A stretch of 59,896 nt of DNA, the filler included, from Dimargaris cristalligena (taxonomy: Eukaryota), in assembly GCA_003614675.1 (NCBI GenBank). It is 8 parts of 8 records of this genome, joined end to end, with 100 filler letters (N's around TTAATTAATTAA, not from the genome) between each part and the next. Parts side by side here need not be neighbours in the genome. Positions count along the whole stretch, not along the records: positions 30,120 to 37,499 come from ML003419.1; positions 37,600 to 44,974 come from ML003420.1; positions 45,075 to 52,438 come from ML003421.1; 5 more parts are not named here. The stretch is one strand, 5' to 3'. Position 1 is the first letter of the stretch. Each line of letters opens with the position of its first letter. Below, one piece after another: positions 34,458 through 46,060 of this stretch. A program made the position numbers and the translations under genes. Below the pieces are notes generated by a model, which searched no databases, was not told where the DNA came from, and saw only the letters and a list, made by a program, of their open reading frames with translations.

Positions 34458-35956
34458 GCGGGCTGGGGTCAGAAATAAGCGGATAAGTTACGCGTCGATA
34501 AGGGAATTAGGCTCACAGGTAGCGGCTGCGCATGGCGACTAAATGGAACAGAGAATGAGGTGGGGCAGTTGGGGGGCCCGGGTTAGAATGTAACAGCGGG
34601 ATAAACAAAGCGAAGGGTGGGGGGGGGGGTCTTGAATGCGCAATGCGGCTAGGTATTATAAACAAAGGGAAGTCTGGGGAGTGGCGGCATTGGCAGTATA
34701 TGATTCTATTAATATTTATGTGTGCGCATATATAACTGTGGTTCGATATCGTCCCAGCTGAAGGAAACCATTACTATACAAGGGGAAGTTGAATAGAAAA
34801 CGTAAGTGAACGGGAAAAGGGGTAGGTATATAATACATATATATATTGAGAATATATGAGGAATGTCTCTTGCTTTTTCCATCATTGGGCAGAAAGGAGG
34901 TCTGTCAGAAAAAACCCCCAAGGGGCATAGTAGGATTTATTATAACCAACGAACACAACCGGCGTTTGGGGCGGGTAAGAAGTGCCTGTATTTCTTGTGT
35001 CACGCCACCTCTTACCCTGGAGCAATGGCAGCCACTTTCGCCATCCCCACAGCAGCCAATATCTATTGGGCCTTGTGATAGCCCCACTCATTTTACATCA
35101 TATTGCCAGGGAAGGAAAGGGGCCCATTTATCGCTCAAAAATAGCACAGCCAGTAACATACATACATAATATATATACGCTGATTAGGCGGCCAACCACC
35201 AGAATGAGAGCCGCGGGATGAGCCAACCAAGCTTTCTCCGACTAAAAAGTAAGGGCTGTGGTGGTGGTGGTCGCCCAACCTAGTTCCTGGTAACAACCCA
35301 AAATAGCTAGAGTGACTGACATCTGCTCGGCTATTATCCCACTACGCCGCCGGACAGTATTAATCAGCCAATCTACAATTCCCTAAATAAAATAGAGAAA
35401 AGTAACTAGACCCATCTGACTTTTGTCAATAGTAACTCAGACCTCACCTGATGATCAGCGGAACGTTGGGACTAGATAACGGTTGCCTTAACCTTAACCT
35501 TCAGAATGCCGTAGATGACGACGCCGACCACATGTCAGACATTGCAATTTTAATTGTAATCTTAATAGGTGAGTTCGTTTTAATACTAAATTGATTTCGC
35601 GACTTAATCATATGATACATGGCGCAGCCTTCCTTGTGACGACTAATCTCAAATACATGGCAATTTCCAACTACCCACAACCTAGACCAACTAGAGGGGC
35701 GAGGGTCGAGGGGAATGAATCAAAAAAAAACTAATGATCCCCATATACATCGTCCCTACCAGTATAATGCCCAAGTCTCCTCCTTAATCAGTGTTAACGA
35801 GGGCGGGGGGACTCTTCAAGGGGTTTGTTCGCACTTCCTCGCGCACTAATGGCACACGTGGCCCCAAATATGTAGTCAAAATCCCTCCATCCCCCCTATC
35901 GGTATGTTATATAATTCAACGAGGTTAATGTAATATATATATATATATATATATAT

Positions 35957-37499
35957 TTACAGATACGACAAGTCGACCACCCGGCAGGGTTTGGGTCGAA
36001 TGGGAGTCTGCTGGGTGACTGCCGTAGTGGCAATCGGGTGCGAAAGTCGTTCCCGACTGGCTCGGTTATCCGACTCTGAACCCGAGTCCGTTTCCATTCG
36101 TTGGAAGGGTTTAAGTGGCCTGTTATTATTCCTATGACCCGTCGGGAGCGGGGCTGAAACGGATGTCGGTTGATTCGGGTTCATTCCACCTCCGCCTTCG
36201 CCACCCGCAACGTCACCGTCGCCGTCGCCGCCGCTGCCGTTGTTGTTGTTGTTGTCGTTGCCCATGAGACGGTCGAGTAAGAACGCCCCCAGCATAGTAT
36301 TNNNNNNNNNNNNNNNNNNNNNNNNNNNNNNNNNNNNNNNNNNNNNNNNNNNNNNNNNNNNNNNNNNNNNNNNNNNNNNNNNNNNNNNNNNNNNNNNNNN
36401 NCCTTCCTTGTGACGACTAATCTCAAATACATGGCAATTTCCAACTACCCACAACCCCACGTCCCTGTGTCTGGCTTGCGCTTGGCAGCCCCAGCGGACC
36501 GCCCCCGATAAAACCAACGCCGCCCGCAGCAGCCTCTTTAGTTTTCCCTTTTCCCTGCTCGACAGCATCGATGCCAATTCGAATGGAAGGGGTACAATGA
36601 CTCCGGACCACAGTCTGTGGGAACGGCTTACTACGGTGATTCAGAACCAGGCCCGGTCCCTGGGCCTAGCTCTGACGGAACCCATGAGCCAGGAGTGGTT
36701 CACCACCGACTGGTCCCTGGCCACCCATACCCGGGGTATGTACAGTGCGGACGAGCCTAACCTTAGCGCGTCGGCCATCAACTCGAGCAACGAAATGGAA
36801 TTCATGTACCAGACGGATACGGAGGCGGGTATGCTGAGTGATACCGCCCCGCCTACACCCCGTCCGTCGTCGACCTCTGAATCAGCCTCATCATCGCGGG
36901 TCGACTTGACGTCGTTAATGATGAGCCAGGCCAATTTGGTGCTGAGCCAGAGTCACCACCGCCAATTGGAGCGCCAGCGACAACAACGCCACCGGCAGTC
37001 GATTTCCCGTAGCGCAGAATACCACCACCAGCAAGGGTCCGAATTAGCAACCGGACTGACGCGTGCGTTGGCGGATAGCGAAGCCTACGGGCGAAGCCGA
37101 GGGGCCCGGAGTTGGTCGGTTGGTGAACCAGAAACACCCCCCCCGCGTTAACCACGGGACTAGTGGGCATGATAGTTGGCTTACCTTCACTACACCAACG
37201 ATCGCGGCCACCCCCGCCGGTTCACCCCTACTCACCCCAACTTCCACTCCTATGGCCACGACCCCGGCACCATCCTCGACCGCCATGGAAGGGTCGCTAT
37301 TACCCACCCCCAGCTTGCCGAGTAGTTTGGCCCAGTTGATGGACCTGGTCAACGAATACCAGCTTCGGTTCAGTAACCTTCCCAACTTACTGCCGCCCAA
37401 CTGGGCCCCCCCAGCTGGAATTCTGGTCACCGACTTCGCTCTTGCCACCCATTGACATTGACCTGGAAGCGACTTTCGAGTCCCTCCTACCCCAGAAGG
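35957..37499. other. Fragmented or mis-assembled low-complexity gene: plus-strand body ~36480-37499 with two poly-C frameshifts, and an inverted C-terminal-like piece 36301-35957
   Basis: Frames switch at C-runs near 37137-37144 and 37405-37412; about 55 bp is duplicated at ~35628-35682 and 36402-36456 across the N100 gap (36302-36401). Confidence 0.5.
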
Positions 37500-37599
37500 N
37501 NNNNNNNNNNNNNNNNNNNNNNNNNNNNNNNNNNNNNNNNNNNTTAATTAATTAANNNNNNNNNNNNNNNNNNNNNNNNNNNNNNNNNNNNNNNNNNNN

Positions 37600-38900
37600 A
37601 GGGGAAGGCAACTAATCAAATGTCAGTTTAATACTCATGGGAATGGTGAATACTAATATTACATATAAAGTAGCAAATAGGGGAAAGAGGGCAGCATGAC
37701 CCAAGAATGACTATTAGTTACTGGGAAGGGGAATATTTCTGGGAAATTAATATAAAGACAATAAACTGAAATAGCAAATAGGAGATAGGAGGGGAAGATA
37801 ACTAATTAAAGGATAGTGGAATACTTCTTAGAAATGGTAGTAGAAGATCCAATAATTACCAATAGGTAGTATGGGAATTGTAAAGGAGGATATTTCTTGA
37901 CAAATAGGATATATTCAGGTAATATATTTAAAGAGTACTCTGATTGGTAGGAGGCCATATACTACATTGTGAAATTACTACTGCTTGAAATTATTGTTAA
38001 GATACTAGGTAAGCATCTAACCAAGTATGCTAAGGGAATATTCATAAGGGAATCACTATTAACACATGGAAACTTTTTACGGAACTTATTCAAACTGTTA
38101 CTTTATTGGTTAAGGGCCATGTAGTTGATGATGAAACTTGTACTAACATCTAGACAATAGTATAGTAAAATACTAATGGAGAAACTTAGGTCACATTATA
38201 TGCATTCCATAACTTATCATATACTTTGAATTTTACTATAAATAGCCCCCTATTTTTAACTGTATTTGTCTGTATTATCTACTATCACCATACTTTTACT
38301 AGTATCAGCCAAGTCCACAGTCCACAGTCCAACAGCCCAAGAACCTGCCAGTTTCCCAGCCCAGTTGTAAGAATTATTAATATGGCCAATTATTATGTAT
38401 ATATTTGTGTATAAAGGCTATACATGGTATTAAATAGTAACTAACCACTTTATTATACTTATGCCATTATCATACCCTCCTACATGATACAATCTCAAGC
38501 CAACACCAGTAAGCCAAGGTGAGTATATAGAGATGTACCTATATCTGATGTAGTACATACCTATTGGCTTTACTTATTATGGGGCAGATAGCTATTATGA
38601 TAGACTGTTGTTATGATAGTGTATTATAATAATAGATGGTTGTTATGATAGTATGTTATAATGATATACTATTATAATAGTTCAGCTTAGTAATAGTCCA
38701 TCATAATAATAGTTATTTGATCTAAAAGTCATCCACTATGTTAGTTGGCATTGATTATTGTCTGTTATAATGGCATTCAATAATTAATGCTATCTACTAT
38801 ACTATTAGTTTATTAGCTAATTAGATATATAATAGTTACCTCTCATTATAAATGTGGACATAATATGTGCACTCACTTAGTCAAAGATATTAATATGAAT
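37600..38900. repeat. Heavily mutated TpA-rich, almost CpG-free repeat relic, including a degenerate ~16/32-bp tandem array at 38592-38690
   Basis: Units TATTATGATAG, TGTTATGATAG and TATTATAATAG; stop-riddled protein-like frame on the minus strand from 38210. Confidence 0.6.
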
Positions 38901-38946
38901 CCTTAACTAACAAACTTACCTTTACTCTACCTACCCCCCCCTCTAG

Positions 38947-40914
38947 ATGTCTAACTCCAACACTCCCACCAAGTCCCCCTCTACTGCCTCCAAGAAGTCA
39001 TCCAGCAAACCAACCCGTATGTCTGACACCGAGTTTACTAGGCTCAGTCTTATCAAGGCCTGGGTGATCAAGAACAAGGCCTCCATTGCCTGCCTCAAGT
39101 GTAACACCAAGGGTCACATCACTGACCATGGGGGCAAGCGTTTCAACTGCACCCTCTGTAATAAGCGCTTCAGTAAGGCAAGCCTGTGTGAGGCCCGCAA
39201 CCCTAGGCTGTTCCATGAGCTGGAGGCCAAGTACCCTGATCTCCAAACTGCCCCCAGGCAGCATCCCCCTGCCCAACCTACCCCTGTGACTGCTGCTTCT
39301 ACTGTCTCCAAGCTTGTGGAAGCCAGCACTGTGGTAGTGGAACCTGCTGGTACCAAGTCCTCCAAAGCTGGCCCCCCTGATTGCCAATCTCCTGATCCCA
39401 CCTCTGGTCCTATCATGTCCACCCAGGGCAAACGTCCCCACCTGTCCCCCCCAGTGTATGCCAACAAGAGGCATTGCTCTTTGCCCAGCCGTCCCACTGT
39501 ACCAGCTGAGGCTACCTATGCCGATGTAGTTAAGCGCCTGGGGCTGAAGGGTGAGGCCCAGCAGAAGTCTGGTCTATTGGCCTTACAGAAGCTTTATGCC
39601 AAACCCCAGAAGCCTGAGCTAGTCTATGTCCGAGGCATCTCACGTATGAGAATCCGGGCCCTTAAGGATATCCTATACTCCTTGGGGTTCTATCTTCCAT
39701 CCCTCTTGAACATCTGCTATCTAGGGACAGAGACTGTTGAGTTCCTGGTGGCCCCTACCTATGTGGATGTTTTCAAGGGGAAGGTTAAGGCTGTTGAGCT
39801 CACTCTTCTCCCCAAATTCTCCACCACTGGTGCTACGGATCCTGATGCCTCCCCAGCCATGAAGGAGTGTATCTTGCAGGCCTTTATCAAGCGGGCCCAT
39901 AAGATCATTGCTGGTACCAGGAACCCCCTTGTTGCCCAGACCTTCCGAGATATTCTGGTGCAGAATAAGGTATACCAGTTTTCTGCAGCCCCCCTCCTGG
40001 CAGTCCCAGCCATCCCCTCACCAAGCCCCACTGCCCAGTTACCCAAGTCCTCTGCCCACCTAGCCTATACCACTGGAGAACTGCCCAAGGCCCATGTCCA
40101 TCCATTCCCACCATGTGGTGAACTCAGCCCTGTTCTTGATATTCCCCATGAAGAAGGTGACACCCCCCTTCAGTGTCACTTACATATGGATTCTCCCTTT
40201 TTATGTGGTATGTTAACTGGGTCACCTGGTATGTCCTGTGATACTACCCATAAGCCTCAGCCCAAGATGGTCATTATCAACAGTCCAGTCCTGTCCTCCT
40301 CTCCCTCCCCAGAGCCAACCAGTCCCCACTTGTCCCCCTCCAGTTACCATCTAGAGGCCCCCTGCCTGGATGACCAGTCCCTGAGCCCCATGCACTATGC
40401 CAGCCCTGCTGCAGAACCCCCCAGTTCTGATGGTGAGTCCCTTGATTTCCTCATCTTGTCAAGCCCAATCCCTGGCACTACCCCCCAGCCTCACCTAGCC
40501 CAGCCACCCAGCCCTCCCCTCCCCTGGGGTGATGCCCAACTCCCTACTATGGATAGTTGTGACCATGTGGGTAATGATGTGGTAACATGTCCCCCTGTAT
40601 CTACCCAGGGGAGTTCCACAGAGAATGCTGGCTTAGCTAGACTACGTAGTATTGTTAGCTCAAACCAACAGCCTACTACTTCTACCAAGGTATGGACCAT
40701 CTGGGATAAGAATGACCATATCTTCCGGGAGCATACTATGCAGGATATCCAGATGTGGGCAGATATCTTACAGTATCCTAGTGGTACTTGTGAGTATCCG
40801 GTTCCCAACCTTGAAACTATGATAGCCAACTTGGATAAGCAGGTGGTAGATAGCATGGTTGAATATAGGAAGTGGGTTATAAGCCAACAAGATGCCCCCC
40901 AGTCTTTCCAATGA
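38947..40914 (+). CDS. LINE ORF1 protein, 655 aa
   Basis: N-terminal CLKC-x14-CTLC zinc ribbon; RRM-like VYVRGISRM...VEFLV block; Pro/Ser-rich C-terminal half; directly upstream of ORF2. Confidence 0.8.
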   Translation: MSNSNTPTKSPSTASKKSSSKPTRMSDTEFTRLSLIKAWVIKNKASIACLKCNTKGHITDHGGKRFNCTLCNKRFSKASLCEARNPRLFHELEAKYPDLQTAPRQHPPAQPTPVTAASTVSKLVEASTVVVEPAGTKSSKAGPPDCQSPDPTSGPIMSTQGKRPHLSPPVYANKRHCSLPSRPTVPAEATYADVVKRLGLKGEAQQKSGLLALQKLYAKPQKPELVYVRGISRMRIRALKDILYSLGFYLPSLLNICYLGTETVEFLVAPTYVDVFKGKVKAVELTLLPKFSTTGATDPDASPAMKECILQAFIKRAHKIIAGTRNPLVAQTFRDILVQNKVYQFSAAPLLAVPAIPSPSPTAQLPKSSAHLAYTTGELPKAHVHPFPPCGELSPVLDIPHEEGDTPLQCHLHMDSPFLCGMLTGSPGMSCDTTHKPQPKMVIINSPVLSSSPSPEPTSPHLSPSSYHLEAPCLDDQSLSPMHYASPAAEPPSSDGESLDFLILSSPIPGTTPQPHLAQPPSPPLPWGDAQLPTMDSCDHVGNDVVTCPPVSTQGSSTENAGLARLRSIVSSNQQPTTSTKVWTIWDKNDHIFREHTMQDIQMWADILQYPSGTCEYPVPNLETMIANLDKQVVDSMVEYRKWVISQQDAPQSFQ

Positions 40915-43900
40915 TCCCCTCAACCTTGTCCATTGCCTACTTCAATGCCCGAGGTCTCCCCCACTACCAGCTTGAGGCCTTCATCCGGCACTATCCTATG
41001 AGGTATCATGTCATATTCTTTGCTGAAACCTGGCACTGTGACCGTGAGGCTGTCCTGCAACACCCATGGACAGTCTGCTATCCTACTTATGACCCCTCCT
41101 CTGTCCCCACAATTGGCCGGCTCCCCCATGGCATTCTTTGTATTGCTCCTCCGGCTTTCCACCCCCATATTCAAATCCTGGCTTTTACGCCATTCACCAT
41201 CTCCGCCCTTGTCTTTGGCCAGCCTCTCCATGCAGCCTACTTTCCTCCCTCCATGTCCACTGAGAAAGTCCAGTCTCTGTTAGCCATGCCTAGGGGCTGC
41301 ACCTGTCTTCTTGGGGATTTAAACATCTCAATAAAACCCACCAAGTCCAGCTGGTCACCCCTTGCCCGAGCTGAAGTGCTCTCTGCAGCCCTGTCCCGTG
41401 AACACCTCCGCTGGAAGGCTCCACCCCCTCCCCAAATCTACCACCTTGATCATGCTTTTGTTAGAGCTGAGCTTATGGACCAGGCCCAGGTGCACCTTGA
41501 GCAGTGCCAGGTCCCCTCTGACCATCCCCTCCTGAGTATCCAGCTCCCCACCAAGTCCCCCATGTCCCAACCACCAGGCTCTCTCCGGTTCCATATCCAC
41601 CGGCTCCAGCAGCCCATCTATCAACAGGAATTCAGAGTGGCGTACCAAGTCTTATGCCCTACTATCTCCCAGGTTATGCAGAGGGCCCACCAGGCTATCA
41701 AACATAGTGGTCTTGTAACCTTGGCTGAAATCATCAACTTCCTGGATTCTGTCATTGTTGAGGCTATTCTGGCTGCTGCTTCTAGTAGCATTGGGGAGTA
41801 TGATGCTGGCAAGGTGAGATCCCAGCCTGATAAATCCATTGAGCATATGGTCAAGGCAGGGACTGCTGTGGATGCCATTCGGCTAATGAAGTCCCAGCAG
41901 CGGGGTATTACTCAGATGATTCTTGCCTCTCGGAGTGATGTGTCTGTTGAGGAAGATGTTGTATCTTTCTTTACTAATACCTTTTCAGCACCCAGTCAGC
42001 TAGCCTTTCCCCATAATCTCCACCTGACTGGGACACAGCATCTGGGCATTCATATTACAGCTAAGACAATACGGCAGCTAGTCCAGGAGTATCCTAAGTA
42101 TAAGGCATGTGGTGGTGATGCTATTCATACCCGAATGCTATATACCCTACTTAAGGGGCCCTTTCCCCACCATCTAGCTGATCTCTTCAACCTCTGCCTT
42201 AGGACTGGCTTTACTCCTGCCAGGTGGAATGAATCCATCATCAACCCCATAGCAAAGGATCCCAAGGCCAAGCATATCAATGAGTACAGGCCCATTGCCC
42301 TAACTGTCATCTTTCGTCGGTTATTTGAGAAGCTCCTTCTCCCTGCTCTCAAGAAGCTCCCCTTATCTAAGTTCCAGGCTGGCTTCCGTGACAGGCAGAG
42401 TACTTTGGGCCATGTGCTAGTGTCCCATGACACAGCCTCCCAGCCCATATACCATGCCTTTTTGGATCTTAAGTCTGCTTATGATACAGTTCCTATTGAG
42501 GGAATGCTATCTAAGCTGGCTGGGAAAGGGTGCCCTAGCAGTCTATACTCTCTAGTAGTATCCCTATTTACCAACTGCCAGTCCCAGGTAGTAGTGAATA
42601 GTCAACTGACTTCATCCTTTGATAGGCATAGGGGATTATTCCAAGGCTCTCTCCTCTCTCCCATCTTATTTAATGTCTTCATTGATGACTTACCTGATGG
42701 CCTGCCTATACCTGGTAGGACTGGTGTTCCTCCAATACTAATGTTTGCTGATGACCTCAAGCTCCAGTACTCATCAGCTGAGCAGCTCACTTCTGCATTG
42801 GACTGCTGTCATAAGTGGGCTAAGGCTAATGGAATGCAATTCAATCCAGCCAAGTGTGGGGTGCAGTTCCCTATTGGGATACCTGATCCAGAATTCTCTT
42901 TGGGCCCAGTGGTATTACCTATTACTCCCACTTATAAGTACCTGGGCTTCCCCCATACTGGCCAAGGGGTGGACTGGGCTGCTCATCTCCAGAATAATTT
43001 AGCCAAGGCACAGGCTACCTTCCGGGCTATCAGGTACTCTTCCATTCACTGGGGTCCTGTTATCCGGTTACATGTCCTTAAGCTGATTATACTCCCCCAG
43101 CTTGAGTATGGCTTGCATTTAGTCATATATGCCAGAAGGTGGAATCAGGCCATTGACCTCTTACCTGCTACCCGGGAGGTCACTAGTCTTATTCAATGGG
43201 CTATAGGTAGTAGTAGTAAAGGGAGTGTTGCTCATGCCATGACTGGGTTTGCCAAGTTGCCTGATCGACTCTACCAGCTCCAGGTTAGTCTCTACCAGCA
43301 CCTATGGAATATGCCCTCATATTCCCCTGCTCACCAGTTATTTAAGTCCCTTACCATGTCAAAACAAAAGGGCTCACTCCTCCGGTCAGCTATGTCTCAT
43401 AGAGTACCCAGGAGACTGCCTGTTTTGCCTAATCCTCATAAGCAGATGCAGGAGTACCTCTATACTAGGGTTGACTCTGGTGTTCTTAGTCAACGGATCC
43501 ATAGAATGGCTCGAGTTCAAAGGAAGTGGTCTTCACCAAGTATTCCAATGGACAAGTGCCTAACTATCCCCTCTAGAGAACTTAGGAAACAGGCTATTCA
43601 AATGAGGTGTGGTAATCTATGGATGAAGTACTATTGCACTAGGTGTGGCCTGGGCTATCGCCACTCTCATATTACCAAGTGTAAACTTTTTGATCCAGGT
43701 CCTTGGATATACTACTTCCAAGAGGATAAGGCTACCTTTGCTTCTAATGATATTTACTACTCACCCTTGGATGCTGCTCTCAATCATCAGGAGTATGCAC
43801 ATTTCTCTGCTCTTATTATACAAGTTTTTGGGAGAATTTCCACCAAGCCTCCTGCCTTATTATTTTATCCCTTATATATATTTATTATACATAAGGCTTT

Positions 43901-43937
43901 ATTTTCCCTCCTTTTATCTCTTATTATTGCATATTAA
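40911..43937 (+). CDS. LINE ORF2, AP endonuclease-reverse transcriptase, 1008 aa from the first ATG
   Basis: APE: FNARGL, FAETW, LLGDLN, LDHAF, SDH. RT: YRPIAL, QAGFR, FLDLKSAYD, GLFQGSLLSP, MFADD, YKYLG. Zinc finger: CTRC-x7-H-x3-C. Confidence 0.96.
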   Translation: MIPSTLSIAYFNARGLPHYQLEAFIRHYPMRYHVIFFAETWHCDREAVLQHPWTVCYPTYDPSSVPTIGRLPHGILCIAPPAFHPHIQILAFTPFTISALVFGQPLHAAYFPPSMSTEKVQSLLAMPRGCTCLLGDLNISIKPTKSSWSPLARAEVLSAALSREHLRWKAPPPPQIYHLDHAFVRAELMDQAQVHLEQCQVPSDHPLLSIQLPTKSPMSQPPGSLRFHIHRLQQPIYQQEFRVAYQVLCPTISQVMQRAHQAIKHSGLVTLAEIINFLDSVIVEAILAAASSSIGEYDAGKVRSQPDKSIEHMVKAGTAVDAIRLMKSQQRGITQMILASRSDVSVEEDVVSFFTNTFSAPSQLAFPHNLHLTGTQHLGIHITAKTIRQLVQEYPKYKACGGDAIHTRMLYTLLKGPFPHHLADLFNLCLRTGFTPARWNESIINPIAKDPKAKHINEYRPIALTVIFRRLFEKLLLPALKKLPLSKFQAGFRDRQSTLGHVLVSHDTASQPIYHAFLDLKSAYDTVPIEGMLSKLAGKGCPSSLYSLVVSLFTNCQSQVVVNSQLTSSFDRHRGLFQGSLLSPILFNVFIDDLPDGLPIPGRTGVPPILMFADDLKLQYSSAEQLTSALDCCHKWAKANGMQFNPAKCGVQFPIGIPDPEFSLGPVVLPITPTYKYLGFPHTGQGVDWAAHLQNNLAKAQATFRAIRYSSIHWGPVIRLHVLKLIILPQLEYGLHLVIYARRWNQAIDLLPATREVTSLIQWAIGSSSKGSVAHAMTGFAKLPDRLYQLQVSLYQHLWNMPSYSPAHQLFKSLTMSKQKGSLLRSAMSHRVPRRLPVLPNPHKQMQEYLYTRVDSGVLSQRIHRMARVQRKWSSPSIPMDKCLTIPSRELRKQAIQMRCGNLWMKYYCTRCGLGYRHSHITKCKLFDPGPWIYYFQEDKATFASNDIYYSPLDAALNHQEYAHFSALIIQVFGRISTKPPALLFYPLYIFIIHKALFSLLLSLIIAY

Positions 43938-43969
43938 CTTCCTGTGGGCTGGACGCAACCCATCTTAAT

Positions 43970-44974
43970 CTTCTCTGCCCCTTCTATACAATCTTTATAT
44001 TTCTGGATGTAGTAATATCTACCCTCTGTCTCATTTAGTTAAACATTTTATATGTCTTAGTTGATATTCTTGTACTTACCTTTATAGATACCACTACTAT
44101 ATAGGAACCTCTTCTTCTACAGAAATCTATTACTTTATACTATGGTAGATACCTAGTACTTTCCTTAACAGATTTATAAGCTAGTTCTATGGGTACTCGG
44201 TACCATAAACCTAGTGAATATTATGTTAAGTCTATCCTTTCTCACTATGGTATCCTACTCTTTATAGGATATAACCTATACTCCCAAGTCTGATGGAAAG
44301 GCTACAACTTAGGAACTACATCTATACCTAGCCTTAAAAGCCTACTTTATAAACTTTGGTACTTAGTACCAGATCTATATAAAGTAAGAGCTTAAGGTAT
44401 TATATGGTACTTGAAGTCTCTTTAAGCTACAGTTGAACTCCTACTCAGCCTTCTCTTAGTATACTATTTACCCTGGTCCCCTTTTCTTAAAGGACCAAAG
44501 TTAAAATAGTTCCTCTTACTTCTATATCCATGTGGGCCCTTACCCAGTTACTCCTCTGGAGATTACTAGAACTTCTTAGTACTCCCCCTAGTTTGAGCAT
44601 ATGTCTTTTGGACAACTATATCCGAGACTAAGCCAGACTTAGGTATTTCCAAAGTAGTAACTCCAGAAGGTGAAACTGAATTACTTCCTAGGGTTCACCA
44701 CTTCTCACTCTAGTGTTATTTTGGTTTTATCCTATTACCTCTAATAAGTATCTATATTCACCTTCTCTCCAGCCCACTATTTCAGGAAAGTCAGGCAGCT
44801 GTATGTGAAAAGTACAATGCCAGGACCTATCTAATAAACAACATTAATCCCCTCTAACCCTAACTAACCCTCACTAAACCCTAGTAGGTCTCTCCTGGAA
44901 AAGCCCTATACAAATAAGTTTCTCTCCTCCTTATACACTACCCCTATAGGTAGTTCCCTTACCTCTTGTTACCT
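43970..44974. repeat. Extremely TpA-rich, CpG-depleted transposon-like relic
   Basis: Only a couple of CGs in ~1 kb, dense TA/CTA/TAG, no ORF of 60 aa or more. Confidence 0.55.
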
Positions 44975-45327
44975 NNNNNNNNNNNNNNNNNNNNNNNNNN
45001 NNNNNNNNNNNNNNNNNNTTAATTAATTAANNNNNNNNNNNNNNNNNNNNNNNNNNNNNNNNNNNNNNNNNNNNTTACCTATATTTTTGGGGTCCAAGTG
45101 GGGATTTAATAAATTGACTAAAGTTTTTATATATAATTAGTGATTTTATTAAGACATAACAGAATTCCAATTCTGGGAGCATAGTATGAGATATATACTT
45201 TTTTGTCTTTACATCTTGGGCTCAGTGGAGCTGGTTATCGCTCATGCATTGCTCGGAGGGGGCTCCCGGGAGGACAGGTCACATAAGGGGGTAGCCTCCC
45301 AGTTGGATGAGTTACTCAGCAGTTGCA

Positions 45328-45684
45328 GTATGAATAAGCTAAGGAAACTAACTTATCACAATGGGGCTCAGTTATATATATATAGGGAATAACTCCAGAG
45401 GGAGGTCCCTGGGGGAAGGTACTCTTAAGGTTAATACTATGAGGAATAAACTGACTGGACAGCCATGAGGACCTGGAAGACTCTAATGGTAACTAGAAGA
45501 GTCTTTGGATCACCAATTGAGTAATTGGTGTGAAGGGTGGAGTTTGGAAGGGGAAGGGTTATATGATATAGAAGGATCCCATAGTACTGGGGGGAGACTA
45601 TGGGAAGTTACATAGGGTGCTCTATGGCCCAGTCAGAATGGATGATTGCTACACCTGGATTAAGTCAGATTAGAAGGGCCAATA
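45328..45684 (+). mobile_element. LTR family B copy 4, 5'-truncated
   Basis: GAATAAGCTAAGGAA...CTCCAGAGGGAGGTCCC...GATTAAGTCAGATTAGAAGGGCCAATA. Confidence 0.85.
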
Positions 45685-46060
45685 GTCAGGTCCACATGTC
45701 AGAACAGGTTGCATATAGTGAGAGTGTTATTCATTTATTAAAATTGAATTGGTGAAGTTATTTGGGGATTTCTAATCAAACACACTAGCCAAACCCCTGA
45801 ATCCCAGATATATTCTATAAACAGCTAGTCGTCTTGGTGCAGTTTGTCTAATAATATTGTTGGTGATATTCAAACTAGAATGTGGGGTGGTAGGAAGGAG
45901 AAATAGGTATGCCGAATTGACAATGGGGAAGGGCCGGCTATAAACATAGAGCATTGTAATCTAAATAGAAATTGCAAAGGAGCAATGGATCCAGCTATGC
46001 ACATTTGGGCGTGCCACCTGGAAGAGATGGGTCATAAAAAAAATGCCTCAAAAGCCCCCA

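Larger units (their letters stand above)
38947..43937 (+). mobile_element. LINE retrotransposon with intact ORF1 and ORF2; no poly(A) tail or TSD seen
   Basis: Two long ORFs overlapping at ATGA; ORF2 has APE, RT and CCHC domains. Confidence 0.95.

Noticed and set aside
35628-36456. 55-bp duplication with an inverted gene piece, suggestive of an invertible switch
   Set aside because: It borders an N100 gap; best explained as a scaffolding overlap or amplification chimera
37130-37415. Possible programmed frameshifts at poly-C runs
   Set aside because: Homopolymer indels next to a contig end in a mis-assembled gene; sequencing error is more likely
43850-43937. Hydrophobic C-terminal tail on LINE ORF2
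   Set aside because: Probably read-through into flanking T-rich DNA after 3' truncation
44853-44884. Telomere-like CTAACCC repeats
   Set aside because: Only three or four imperfect units inside a mutated relic
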